A DNA stretch of 56,321 nucleotides from Candidatus Avelusimicrobium gallicola (GTDB lineage: Bacteria > Elusimicrobiota > Elusimicrobia > Elusimicrobiales > UBA9959): positions 7,882 through 64,202 of the forward strand of contig DYLH01000004.1 in NCBI GenBank assembly GCA_020722185.1. The letters run 5' to 3'. The notes beneath the pieces were generated by a model, which did no database searches, had not been told where the DNA came from, and was given only the letters and a program-made list of their open reading frames with translations. The position numbers were made by a program, and so were the translations under genes. Numbering within the stretch: position 1 is the stretch's first letter; every line of letters begins with the position of its first letter. This document shows, one piece after another, positions 27,646-37,039 of this stretch.

Positions 27646-28497
27646 ATGGTAAGTTTGAAAGAGCTTGAGATTTTCTTTGGGAAGATACCTTCATTAAATT
27701 TTAACACAGAAAAAGAAGCATGGAATTATGTTGTTGATTATATCCACTCAGCGACCAATTCGCAGGCTTCAACTTTTTTTTCAGTTGATGAAGAAAAAAA
27801 GTTTCTTACATTTTCTTTTGTGCTCGGTCCTAATAGTGAAGAGCTTGAAGGGATCAGCTTTTCATACACTGGCGCCGCTGGATGGTGCGCTTTAAATAAA
27901 AAACCTTTACTTGTAAGAGATGTTGAAAAAAATCCTCTTTTTAGTTCAAAGGTAGACTATGCGACGAAATTTAAGACTCGCTCAATTATGATTTTCCCAT
28001 GCTTTTGCCAGAATGAGCTCGTAGGAATAGCTGAATTTATTAATCCTCAGGGAAAAGATTGTTTTGACGAGGAGGATTTTTCTTTTGCTTTTTCATGTAT
28101 TTCTTTTTTTTCAAAAATAGTTTATTCCTTAAGATTAGAGTTTACGATAAAGAAGCTTTCATTGAAAACAGATTCAGCGATAAACAATCTCTCTGGCGGA
28201 TTTGTTGCGGTGGACAATCATAAGAAAATAGTATTTTTTAATCCAAAGGCTTATGAGATATTGGATGTCAAAGGTTCTCAGATTGGCATTGATATAGATA
28301 CTGCTTTTTTGCCAGATGAGATTAAGGAAGCTATTAAAAAAACCCTTTTAGATAAAATTCAGGTAAAAAGAGCCGAATTTTTTTATGAAAAAAATGGCGC
28401 AAGAAAGCGTATAGGATATAGCACTCTCAATCTAAAAACAGTTGACGGATCAATAGACGGAGCCGGGGTGATATTTCAAGATATAACTAGATTCTAA
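27646..28497 (+). CDS. GAF + PAS domain protein lacking an output domain
   Basis: GAF (GAAGWCA...VDYATKFKTRSI...FDEED) followed by PAS (GFVAVDN...FFNPKA...VIFQDIT), then the stop codon. Confidence 0.8.
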   Translation: MVSLKELEIFFGKIPSLNFNTEKEAWNYVVDYIHSATNSQASTFFSVDEEKKFLTFSFVLGPNSEELEGISFSYTGAAGWCALNKKPLLVRDVEKNPLFSSKVDYATKFKTRSIMIFPCFCQNELVGIAEFINPQGKDCFDEEDFSFAFSCISFFSKIVYSLRLEFTIKKLSLKTDSAINNLSGGFVAVDNHKKIVFFNPKAYEILDVKGSQIGIDIDTAFLPDEIKEAIKKTLLDKIQVKRAEFFYEKNGARKRIGYSTLNLKTVDGSIDGAGVIFQDITRF

Positions 28498-29107
28498 TTT
28501 TGGGACATATTGATTTCAATGGACAAGACTCACATAAAGGCATTCTGGCTTTACAGAAAGTTCTTCCGTGCTGTATTAAAGCATGAGAAAACCATCCCCA
28601 TTCATTTTGAGGAATTAATTTCATAAGATCCCTCTCTATGATTTCAGGATTGGATGATTTAGTCAGAGAAAGTCTAAAAGAAATCCTTTTTACATGTGTG
28701 TCAACAACTATCCCCTCATTTTTCCCGTAGGCATTTGAGAGAACTACATTTGCAGTTTTTCTGGCCACGCCACGAAGCGAGAGGAGATCTTCCATATTGT
28801 CTGGCACTTTGCCGTAAAATTTTTCTACTATTTTTTGTGAAGTTTCCTTAATGGATATAGCCTTATTGTTATAAAAACCTGTAGATTTTATCAATTCTTT
28901 TATCTCAGAAATTGGGGCATTGGCCATAGCTTTAGGATCTGGAAATCTGGCAAATAGTTTTGGCGTTACTTTATTTACTCTTTCATCTGTGCACTGAGCT
29001 GAAAGTATTGTAGAGACAAGCAATTGAAATGGATTTTTATGAATAAGGGAACAACTCGCTGTTGAATAATTTTTTTTAAGAAGTTCAAGTAATTTTAAAA
29101 TATTCAT
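28487..29107 (-). CDS. nth: Endonuclease III
   Basis: LSAQCTDERVN, LRGVARKTANVVL, VDTHV, CKARMPLCESCPLKSIC Fe-S motif. Confidence 0.96.
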   Translation of the reverse strand: MNILKLLELLKKNYSTASCSLIHKNPFQLLVSTILSAQCTDERVNKVTPKLFARFPDPKAMANAPISEIKELIKSTGFYNNKAISIKETSQKIVEKFYGKVPDNMEDLLSLRGVARKTANVVLSNAYGKNEGIVVDTHVKRISFRLSLTKSSNPEIIERDLMKLIPQNEWGWFSHALIQHGRTFCKARMPLCESCPLKSICPKIRI

Positions 29108-30969
29108 TTTCTAAAAAAACTTCCAAAATAAATTGTTTTTTTGCCGGCCTTTGATCCATTTTTAAAATTTTTATTGAAATTAAAAGAAAACTTTTCTTTA
29201 AGCGATATTTCCCTGACGCATTTGCAATCCATAGTAGCCTCAATTATATTTCCTTTGCCTGAGTATATCATTACATGATTTATTTCTTTTGTATTGTCAG
29301 ATGTAGAAAAGACAAGATCTCCAACTTTAAGGCTCATATAGTCTTTTTTGAAAAGTGAAAATTTTTGGTCTGAGGCATTTCTGGGGATTTCTATCCCTGC
29401 TGAGATATAACTTAAATATGCCAAGCCTGAACAGTCAACTCCAAAAGAGCTTTTGCCTCCCCAGTAGTATGGATCGGAAATGAACTGTCTGGCTGTTTTT
29501 ATTATCTTTTCCCTTGCTGTGTTCTCATTCATAGGTTTAAAAGGAGAAAGATCATTGGTTGAAAGAATTAAAGATCTCCCGGAGCTTCTGGCAAGTATGA
29601 ATCCTTTTTTTAAATTTAGCAGTGCCTCAACCCTGGAACCTATAGATATCCTCTCTGTGGTTTTTTTTAAGTTAGAGTCATAAATAAAGGTATCCTTATT
29701 TGTCACTATAAAATCAGGATTTTCGGGAAGAGAAAAATTTATTTTTTGGGCATATCCTTCATACGGTAAGAGCTTTTCTGAGATGAGAGTTTTTTGATTT
29801 AATGCTTTTATTTTATTGGAATGTTTATCGTATTCTATTTTCTCTCCGGGCAATATCTGTGTTTCTATGTTTTTTAAATTCATATCTGAAAAAAGTTCTA
29901 TCAATGGGAAAGAGGGGGAGGCAAAAGAAAAAATATCATTTGAGATAATGTAGCAGGTGCCATATTTGTTTTTTAGCCAGGCCTTTTCAAATTCTATTCT
30001 GTTATATGTGATTTCTGTCTTTGAATCTTTACTTGCCGCTGGATCCATAGTTATGACATTTCCTTTCTTGTCAAATCCTTTTAGGACAACCAAGTGGCCT
30101 TTTGTTTTTTTCAATGGGGAACCCTTCAGCTCATCTGGGCCAAAAGTCAGGCTGGCTATTATTGGAATTCCTTTTTTTATGTACAGGCTGGCCTCTTTGA
30201 GAGAATTAAGCCTAGCCACAAAAGAATAAAGACCTTTTGTTGAGGCATATGCGCAGTTAAATAGCCAGTTTCCGTATATGCCATCAGAATTGTCAATTAC
30301 AGCCTCGGAAATTTTTTCCGGGCTTTCCTTTATTCCATAATATGACAATACACAGGAAAGGGATGTAGGACTGCAAATATCTCCTTTGTAAGATATTTGT
30401 CTGGCCATTTGGGAGATGCCTGTTAAATTCAATTTTATTTTTTCATCTATGACATTGTATTTGTTTTCCATGTATTGAATAGATGAATCCGTAAAAACAA
30501 AATTGGCTAATCTTATCAGAGCTTTTTTATCTGAGAGAGGCCTCATCTCTATTCTAACTTTTAGTTCATTATGTTTCTTTGAAAGTCGAAGTATATCAGT
30601 ATCCATTGTTCCAATTAAAGTTTTTTTGCTTTTACTTTCTCCTCTTTTAGGGGAAAATGCTCCGCATGAAAATTCTTCATCATTTATTTTTACAAAAGTT
30701 TCTATTTCTGTATTCTCATCCCCTGTGACAGAACATATTACTTCATTAAAATCCATAGGTGATTTAATCAAGAAAGATATGTACGAATTTTTTGAAGAGT
30801 CAATTGAGCGAACAGCCCCTTCTGGCTGATTAATAAACTCAATGTTTTCTGATTCAAGAGATTGTAGATTGGAAAAATCTGTCAAAAAATAATTGAAACT
30901 TCTAAAATTATCCATAGCATTCACTCCTGATATTAGAGTAATGGCAAGAAGCAATGATTTTATCACCAA
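29104..30969 (-). CDS. Secreted C39-like peptidase + NlpC/P60 fusion
   Basis: C39-like: ICSPTS, GHLVV, DP. NlpC/P60: PYYWGG, DCSG, IPRNA, GDLVF, HVM. Confidence 0.8.
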   Translation of the reverse strand: MVIKSLLLAITLISGVNAMDNFRSFNYFLTDFSNLQSLESENIEFINQPEGAVRSIDSSKNSYISFLIKSPMDFNEVICSVTGDENTEIETFVKINDEEFSCGAFSPKRGESKSKKTLIGTMDTDILRLSKKHNELKVRIEMRPLSDKKALIRLANFVFTDSSIQYMENKYNVIDEKIKLNLTGISQMARQISYKGDICSPTSLSCVLSYYGIKESPEKISEAVIDNSDGIYGNWLFNCAYASTKGLYSFVARLNSLKEASLYIKKGIPIIASLTFGPDELKGSPLKKTKGHLVVLKGFDKKGNVITMDPAASKDSKTEITYNRIEFEKAWLKNKYGTCYIISNDIFSFASPSFPLIELFSDMNLKNIETQILPGEKIEYDKHSNKIKALNQKTLISEKLLPYEGYAQKINFSLPENPDFIVTNKDTFIYDSNLKKTTERISIGSRVEALLNLKKGFILARSSGRSLILSTNDLSPFKPMNENTAREKIIKTARQFISDPYYWGGKSSFGVDCSGLAYLSYISAGIEIPRNASDQKFSLFKKDYMSLKVGDLVFSTSDNTKEINHVMIYSGKGNIIEATMDCKCVREISLKEKFSFNFNKNFKNGSKAGKKTIYFGSFFRK

Positions 30970-31037
30970 TATAATGATATAAAATTAGCAGTTTTTTTGC
31001 ACTTTCTTATAATCTGGTTATTTAATAAAATCATAGT

Positions 31038-31607
31038 ATGAAAATTTTTTTAGTTTTATTGTTTTTTTTATTTTCGGCTTTTGGTTTTTCCGCCTGTCCT
31101 CGCTCTGCTGATAGCAAGCCATGTAAGGGAGAATGTGGCGCCTTCATAGACTCTGACAAAAATGGAGTATGCGACGAATGGGAAAAAAATAGGGCTTTGG
31201 CGGGAAAAGAGATTTTAAAAAAAACTCTTTCGCCGGCGCAAAATCCAACTTCTGCTGATGAGAAAAATGAAGCCAAATTGCAAAAAAAGGGTTTCAAGCA
31301 GAAAATTTCAAAATATGGCCTTGATAAAACTTTAATTGCTATTTTGCTAGTAATTATTCTATGTCAGTTATTAAAGAAAAAATACTCTTACAGAAAAGTT
31401 CACAATGATTTATGGAATAGTATACTTTTTCTTTCTTTTTTTAGCTGCGCTCTTTCTGGTATATTCCTTTATTTTTCATTTTTCCCAAGCATTAAATATC
31501 TATTATTTAAAATTCATCTTTTTTCGGGATTTATTTCTTTTTTTGCCGGAATTTATCATTATTTGGAGAGATTTAGATGTATGTTTCCTTTTAGAAAATA
31601 TCAATGA
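31038..31607 (+). CDS. Membrane protein with a Cys-rich N-terminal motif and a DUF4405-like C-terminus
   Basis: CPRS...CKGECGAFIDSDKNGVCD; C-terminal TM helices with 'SG...H..SG...H'. Confidence 0.55.
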   Translation: MKIFLVLLFFLFSAFGFSACPRSADSKPCKGECGAFIDSDKNGVCDEWEKNRALAGKEILKKTLSPAQNPTSADEKNEAKLQKKGFKQKISKYGLDKTLIAILLVIILCQLLKKKYSYRKVHNDLWNSILFLSFFSCALSGIFLYFSFFPSIKYLLFKIHLFSGFISFFAGIYHYLERFRCMFPFRKYQ

Positions 31608-32404
31608 ATACTCTTTACGATGAAAAATATTTTTTCTCAGATTGCGAAGGTTATCGTGAATTCTCCTCTTCTGACGGAATAAAACTTTCTAGAAGGCTTG
31701 CATATGTTTATTCAAAAGTATACGAGTATAAGCCCTCATCTGTGCTTGATCTGGGCTGTGGAAGAGGAGAATTGGCTTTGTCATTTGGGCTTAGCGGTTG
31801 GGATACCTATGGTATTGATTATTCTGAAGTTTCTATTGAGATTTGTAGAAAATTAAAAGAGCGCTGGATTAAAAATTCTCCTCAAATGAAACTTAACTTT
31901 AAAAAGGCAGATGTCTCAAACTTGCCATTTAGAGATGAAAGTTTTGATGCTGTGGTAATGTCTGATCTTGTGGAACATTTAGATGAAAAGAAACTTATTC
32001 TGTCTTATATTGAAGCCTATAGGGTTTTAAAACCTAAAGGCAAGATTTTCATACATACATCTCCAAATAAAATTTTCCTGAAATGGGGATTGAGATTATA
32101 CTGGCTTCTTGGTTTTATCAATGGTGTAAAATTACCTTTTGATATGAAGGAACTTTTGCCTAGAGGTCTTAAAAAACCTTTTCACATAAATGAACAAACT
32201 GTTTTTTCCTTAAAAAAAGGACTTAAAAAAGCTGGTTTCTCAGATTTTTCACATGAATTTAAGAAAAACCCTCATTATGTATATTATTTTTTGAAAGAAG
32301 ACAAATTTATTCCAAAACTAAATAAAATCTACAACTTTATCCCTTCAAAACATCTTTTCTTCGCTGATATTTTTATTTCAGCAAGTAAAACAAAAAGCGC
32401 ATAA
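31604..32404 (+). CDS. Class I SAM-dependent methyltransferase
   Basis: VLDLGCGRGE, LPFRDESFD, VEHL, RVLKPKG. Confidence 0.9.
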   Translation: MNTLYDEKYFFSDCEGYREFSSSDGIKLSRRLAYVYSKVYEYKPSSVLDLGCGRGELALSFGLSGWDTYGIDYSEVSIEICRKLKERWIKNSPQMKLNFKKADVSNLPFRDESFDAVVMSDLVEHLDEKKLILSYIEAYRVLKPKGKIFIHTSPNKIFLKWGLRLYWLLGFINGVKLPFDMKELLPRGLKKPFHINEQTVFSLKKGLKKAGFSDFSHEFKKNPHYVYYFLKEDKFIPKLNKIYNFIPSKHLFFADIFISASKTKSA

Positions 32405-32433
32405 ACTATTTCGGGGGTGCTGAAAAAGTATTA

Positions 32434-33435
32434 CTATCTTATCTTTTCCACACAGCATTCTCTGCATATTGGCAAAACTTTGTTTTCTGCCATTCTTTTT
32501 ATTTCCTCTGATTTCTCCTTTGCTTTTTCAAGAATTTTAGATATTTCCATATTCTTTATATTTCCTGCATGCCAGTTGGTGAGCATTGGGCATATGAGAA
32601 CATTTCCGGATGGAGTTATAACCATATCTTTGCCAATAAAATGGCAGATTGAATTTTCCTTGCCTTCAAGACAGGATTCGGCTTCTATTTTCATCGAAAA
32701 TTTCATTGATTTTATTTTTCTTATGGATTTCGCCACTTTTCCAAGTTCCTCTTTGGAAAGAGAATTTGAATTGATGTACGAATGAGTTTTTACAGCTTCA
32801 AATCCAAGAACAGAATTAGTTTGGGAAATAATATTTTCATTTATACAACTTGCAAGTTGAAAACGAAGCATATTGGCATTTACACTTAATGCTATTTTGT
32901 ATGTTTCTTCTATATACTTGTAATTTAGCTTGCTGACTGTGCAATAAATGTATACCTTTGGAAATCTTTTTTTAAAAGAATTCTTTATTCTCTGTATGGC
33001 CTTCATATTTGAAAAAAGTTTTGTAAAAGCGCCTTTTTTGCCTCTTATAAAATCGTGTATGTTTTCCGGCCCATCTAAAGAAAATACAATAGATTCAAAA
33101 AGATTTTTTTCGCATATTTTTTCTATTGACTTATTGTCAAGCGCATTCCCATTAGTTACTGCCGCTGTCCTTACTGAGTTGGAGATAGCATTTGAAGCAA
33201 TATCATAAATGTTTTTCTCAAGGAAGGGTTCTCCGCCTATATAGGAAATTCTCTTTATACCTATCTTAGAAATCCTTTCTTGAATAAGATATACATCCTC
33301 TTTTTTGATTTGATCTTTATATTCTCCTCTAAGTTTTCTATAATTGGCTTTCCAGAGTCGGCAATTTTGGCACTTTAGATTGCACACATAAGGCATTTCC
33401 AGAATAGCTCTTCTGGGAGATAAAAATGAGTTCAT
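32434..33435 (-). CDS. Radical SAM protein with a SPASM/twitch domain
   Basis: CNLKCQNC, GGEP, VTNG, SLDG, C-terminal C...CP...CRECC. Start at 33435 or 33453. Confidence 0.9.
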   Translation of the reverse strand: MNSFLSPRRAILEMPYVCNLKCQNCRLWKANYRKLRGEYKDQIKKEDVYLIQERISKIGIKRISYIGGEPFLEKNIYDIASNAISNSVRTAAVTNGNALDNKSIEKICEKNLFESIVFSLDGPENIHDFIRGKKGAFTKLFSNMKAIQRIKNSFKKRFPKVYIYCTVSKLNYKYIEETYKIALSVNANMLRFQLASCINENIISQTNSVLGFEAVKTHSYINSNSLSKEELGKVAKSIRKIKSMKFSMKIEAESCLEGKENSICHFIGKDMVITPSGNVLICPMLTNWHAGNIKNMEISKILEKAKEKSEEIKRMAENKVLPICRECCVEKIR

Positions 33436-34502
33436 ATAATAAAAGAATAACATATTTCGGAGCTGTCAGAAGTATTTCAAGCTGGGCTAAAGTGGCCAAA
33501 GAAATGTGCCTTTGCCTTGCGCAAAGGGGAGCTCTGGTAAATATCTATGAAAGAAAAGGTTTTTTATATGATTCTAAAATTGATTTAGGGGGACTTGAAA
33601 AATTTATAAAAGATGAATTTTTAGGAGATGTGGTTTTGACATTTGAGCATCCTAAAAATTACATTTATCTGCCTGAGAATAAAATTAAAATAGGGTTTTT
33701 AGTTTATGAGTTTACCACCTTACCTCAAATATGGGTTGACAATATAAACAAGTTCCTAGACCTTGTTTTTGTTCCCTCTCTCTTTGTTTATGAAGTTTTT
33801 GTCTCTTCAGGGGTAAAAAAAGAAAAAATACGAATACTTCGCTATGGGTTTAATCCTGATTTTTATTATCCTGGCGAGAGAAAGGATAAAAGCCTTTTTA
33901 ATTTTCTCTGCATTGCATCTCCACAGAAAAGGGAAGGACTGGATTTGCTTTTGAAAGCTTTCGATGAAGCTTTCAATGAGATTGAGGGAGTATCACTTAT
34001 AATAAAGCTTTCTTATAGAAGGAATAATCCGAAATTATTTGAATTGAGAGGTTTTGAGGGTTTGATTGAAGACTATTCTAAAAAACTTAAAAATAAGCTT
34101 AACATAATTGATAAATCACTAACAGAAATAGAAATGGGGGAGCTTTATCGCTCTTGTGATGTGTATGTCTCTTTTTCCAAAGCAGAGGCTTTTGGATTGC
34201 CATTCCTTGAGGCTCAAGCTTGTGGGAAGCCATGCATAGCTCTTAACTATTCTGGACAGAAGGATTTTCTAAATATGGAAAATTCTTATTTTGTGCCTCA
34301 CAAGATTGAAATTTCTAAAAATGAGGAATACGAAATATCCAAGATAAAACAATTTTCGGCATTGCCATTGCATGATATGGCATGTAAAGTTTTTAGAGAA
34401 GTTTTTTTCTCAAAGGAAAATTTGAAAAAAGGTTTTTTAAAAGAGGGTTCAGCTTATTATCATTGGGAAAATATAGTTTCTGATTTTATTCTACTTCTTT
34501 AA
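33426..34502 (+). CDS. Glycosyltransferase family 4 (GT-B)
   Basis: QKREGLDLLL.AF, EAFGLPFLEAQACGKP. Confidence 0.9.
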   Translation: MSSYNKRITYFGAVRSISSWAKVAKEMCLCLAQRGALVNIYERKGFLYDSKIDLGGLEKFIKDEFLGDVVLTFEHPKNYIYLPENKIKIGFLVYEFTTLPQIWVDNINKFLDLVFVPSLFVYEVFVSSGVKKEKIRILRYGFNPDFYYPGERKDKSLFNFLCIASPQKREGLDLLLKAFDEAFNEIEGVSLIIKLSYRRNNPKLFELRGFEGLIEDYSKKLKNKLNIIDKSLTEIEMGELYRSCDVYVSFSKAEAFGLPFLEAQACGKPCIALNYSGQKDFLNMENSYFVPHKIEISKNEEYEISKIKQFSALPLHDMACKVFREVFFSKENLKKGFLKEGSAYYHWENIVSDFILLL

Positions 34503-35795
34503 AATTTTTTCTGATATCATTTCTCCTGTTTCAATTCCATCTTTTATATTTTCTTCCATAAAGGAATATTTCCATGCCCCGTATCTTCCAAATGAAAATA
34601 TGCCATGTGAGTTAAGCCAATCATTTATTGTCCTAATAGAATTTTCCATTCCAAGGTCATAAAAAGCATAAGCTGGAGATGCTTTAAGCCATTGTGTTTC
34701 CTCTATGTCTTCATCTTTTTTGATGAAGCCAATTTTTTTGAGCGCGGCAATTACTTCTTTAAGGGACAGGGAAAGGTCAATGCTCTCATTTTGCTTTACC
34801 GCTATTTCGGCATATATGGAGCTTTTTGAATCGGGCGCGCAAAAAGGGGAAAAATTGTCATAAAATCCAAGTCTATAAAAAGGGTACTCTTTTTGCGGGA
34901 AATATAACCAGTGATGAGATGAAACTTTTTTTCTAAGACCGAGATTGAGTATATAAACCGTATTGCTTCTCAATTTTCTGGCAGCTTTTTTTATTTTCTC
35001 TGGAGCATCTAAAGTTTTTTCTATCAACTCTTTTAAAGGAGATGTGTTTGCTATATATGAATATGGTATTTCTCCTATCCCATTTACAATGGCTATTTTT
35101 TTATAAGCTTTAAGATTTATAAGTTCACAACCATAATTTATTAATCCAGCCTTTTTAGACAAAGATTTAGAGAGAGCGCCTATACCGCCATTTAGAGGAT
35201 AATAAAACACTCCATTGTACCCAGATATCGTTTTTGCTTTTGAATAAGCTCCCTCTATTATTCTTGATGGATCTGGCACAGGGACAAAATTGCCCATCCA
35301 TTTAAGAGACATCTCATTCAATGGGTATTGCCATAGCTTTTCATTATAGGGGAGCATGAAAAGGTTTGATATCCCTTTTCCAAAAACCGATATGCTCCAC
35401 TCCTTGAAATTGCGTTGACTTACAGAGTTTTTTTTAAGAGCTTTCAAAAATTCTTCTACGCAATAATTTCTCTCTTCATCTGATAAAAAGCTTAAATTAG
35501 CCTGAAATGGGTATGGAATTATATTGCCTTTGAAGTATATTGCTGAATTTCTTTTTATTTTTATGATATTGCCTTTAAGTAGGTTTTTTATTAGTTTGGT
35601 CGTGTTTGACCAGCGCAGATGTAGTAGATGACCGGAATAGTCAAAAGTAAATCCTTTTTTATTGAAAGACGCCGCAAGTCCGCCGCAGTATGCCTCCTTT
35701 TCTATGATCAAAGGACTTATTCCAGCTTTTCTTAATTGAAAGGCGCAAGACATTCCGCTAAGTCCTGCGCCCACTATAAGAACTTTTTCTCTCAT
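34491..35795 (-). CDS. FAD-dependent oxidoreductase (UDP-galactopyranose mutase / protoporphyrinogen oxidase-like family)
   Basis: IVGAGLSG, GFTFDYSGH, PYNEKLW, FYYP..GG, GRYGAWKY..ME. Confidence 0.8.
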   Translation of the reverse strand: MREKVLIVGAGLSGMSCAFQLRKAGISPLIIEKEAYCGGLAASFNKKGFTFDYSGHLLHLRWSNTTKLIKNLLKGNIIKIKRNSAIYFKGNIIPYPFQANLSFLSDEERNYCVEEFLKALKKNSVSQRNFKEWSISVFGKGISNLFMLPYNEKLWQYPLNEMSLKWMGNFVPVPDPSRIIEGAYSKAKTISGYNGVFYYPLNGGIGALSKSLSKKAGLINYGCELINLKAYKKIAIVNGIGEIPYSYIANTSPLKELIEKTLDAPEKIKKAARKLRSNTVYILNLGLRKKVSSHHWLYFPQKEYPFYRLGFYDNFSPFCAPDSKSSIYAEIAVKQNESIDLSLSLKEVIAALKKIGFIKKDEDIEETQWLKASPAYAFYDLGMENSIRTINDWLNSHGIFSFGRYGAWKYSFMEENIKDGIETGEMISEKILKK

Positions 35796-35803
35796 CTAAG
35801 TTT

Positions 35804-36946
35804 TTAGACTTTGGCTTTCTTGAATGAATTTACAGCTTCTTTAACCTCTGATGTTATTATCTTTATTTCCTCATCTGAAATTTCCGGGTACATCGCAAGA
35901 GAAAGAACTCTGTCTTGAATCTTTTCGCAAACAGGCAGATCTCCTCTCTTGTATCCAAGTTTTTCATAGGCCTTTTGTAGATGCAGGCAAATTGGATAAT
36001 ATATCTGATTGGCTATCTCTTGTTTATTTAGATGAGCCTGCACAAAATCTCTTTCCTCTTTTGAAGAGAATTGAATAGTGTAGTAATTGCAAGAATGATA
36101 ACAATTTTCTTTTACTATTGGGGTCTGGCAGACGCCTTTCAGCGCAGCATTATATTTTTTCATCACTTCATTTCTCATTTCTGTCCATTTAGCCACATGC
36201 TTTAACCTTATTTTAAGTATAGCAGCCTGTATGGTATCCAAACGAGAGTTATATCCTTCCATTTCATAGAGATATCTCTGGGAAGAGCCGTGATTCCTAA
36301 TAGTTTTTATTTTTTGAGCTATTTTATCATCATTTGTCGTTATCAGCCCGCCGTCTCCAAATGCTCCTAGATTTTTTGCCGGAAAAAAACTAAATGTGCC
36401 GCAGTTGCCTATGGTGCCAAGTTGTTTCCATTGCCCTTGATATTTGTATTTTCCAGTGAAAGATTGAGCACAGTCCTCTATTACAATTAAATTGTGCTTT
36501 TGGGCTATTTTCATTATTTCATCCATACTGGCTGGATGTCCGTATAGATGAACAGGTATTATGGCTTTTGTTTTGGATGTTATCTTTTTTTCTATTGAAA
36601 CTGGATCTATATTGTAAGTGCCGTCATCTAGTATATCAGCAAAAACCACTTTGGCGCCAGCTTGTGAAATTGTCTCAGATGTGGCTATGAAAGTAAATGG
36701 AGTCGTTATTACCTCATCTCCTTCTCCTATGCCTGAAGCTATTATGGCAATTCTAAGCGCGTCTGTTCCACTTGCTACTGAAATAGCATGCTTTGAGCCA
36801 ACAAATGCAGCAAAGTCTTTTTCAAATTCATTTACTTCTTCTCCGAGTATAAAATGGGCTTTTTCAAGCACCTTTTTTATAGCTTCTTCTGTTTCTTTTT
36901 GTATTGGGCGATATCCCCTGAGCATATCAACCATTGGTATTTTCAT
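35804..36946 (-). CDS. DegT/DnrJ/EryC1/StrS sugar aminotransferase
   Basis: SGTDAL, PVHLYG, IEDCAQ, SFFPAKNLGAFGDGG, NSRLD. Confidence 0.93.
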   Translation of the reverse strand: MKIPMVDMLRGYRPIQKETEEAIKKVLEKAHFILGEEVNEFEKDFAAFVGSKHAISVASGTDALRIAIIASGIGEGDEVITTPFTFIATSETISQAGAKVVFADILDDGTYNIDPVSIEKKITSKTKAIIPVHLYGHPASMDEIMKIAQKHNLIVIEDCAQSFTGKYKYQGQWKQLGTIGNCGTFSFFPAKNLGAFGDGGLITTNDDKIAQKIKTIRNHGSSQRYLYEMEGYNSRLDTIQAAILKIRLKHVAKWTEMRNEVMKKYNAALKGVCQTPIVKENCYHSCNYYTIQFSSKEERDFVQAHLNKQEIANQIYYPICLHLQKAYEKLGYKRGDLPVCEKIQDRVLSLAMYPEISDEEIKIITSEVKEAVNSFKKAKV

Positions 36947-37039
36947 TTTTTTCTCCTTTGGCCATGGCCTAATAAGATTTTACTAAAAAAAAACTTCAAT
37001 GTATTGTTAGTTTTGAAAAATTTTAATAAACTTCTATAT

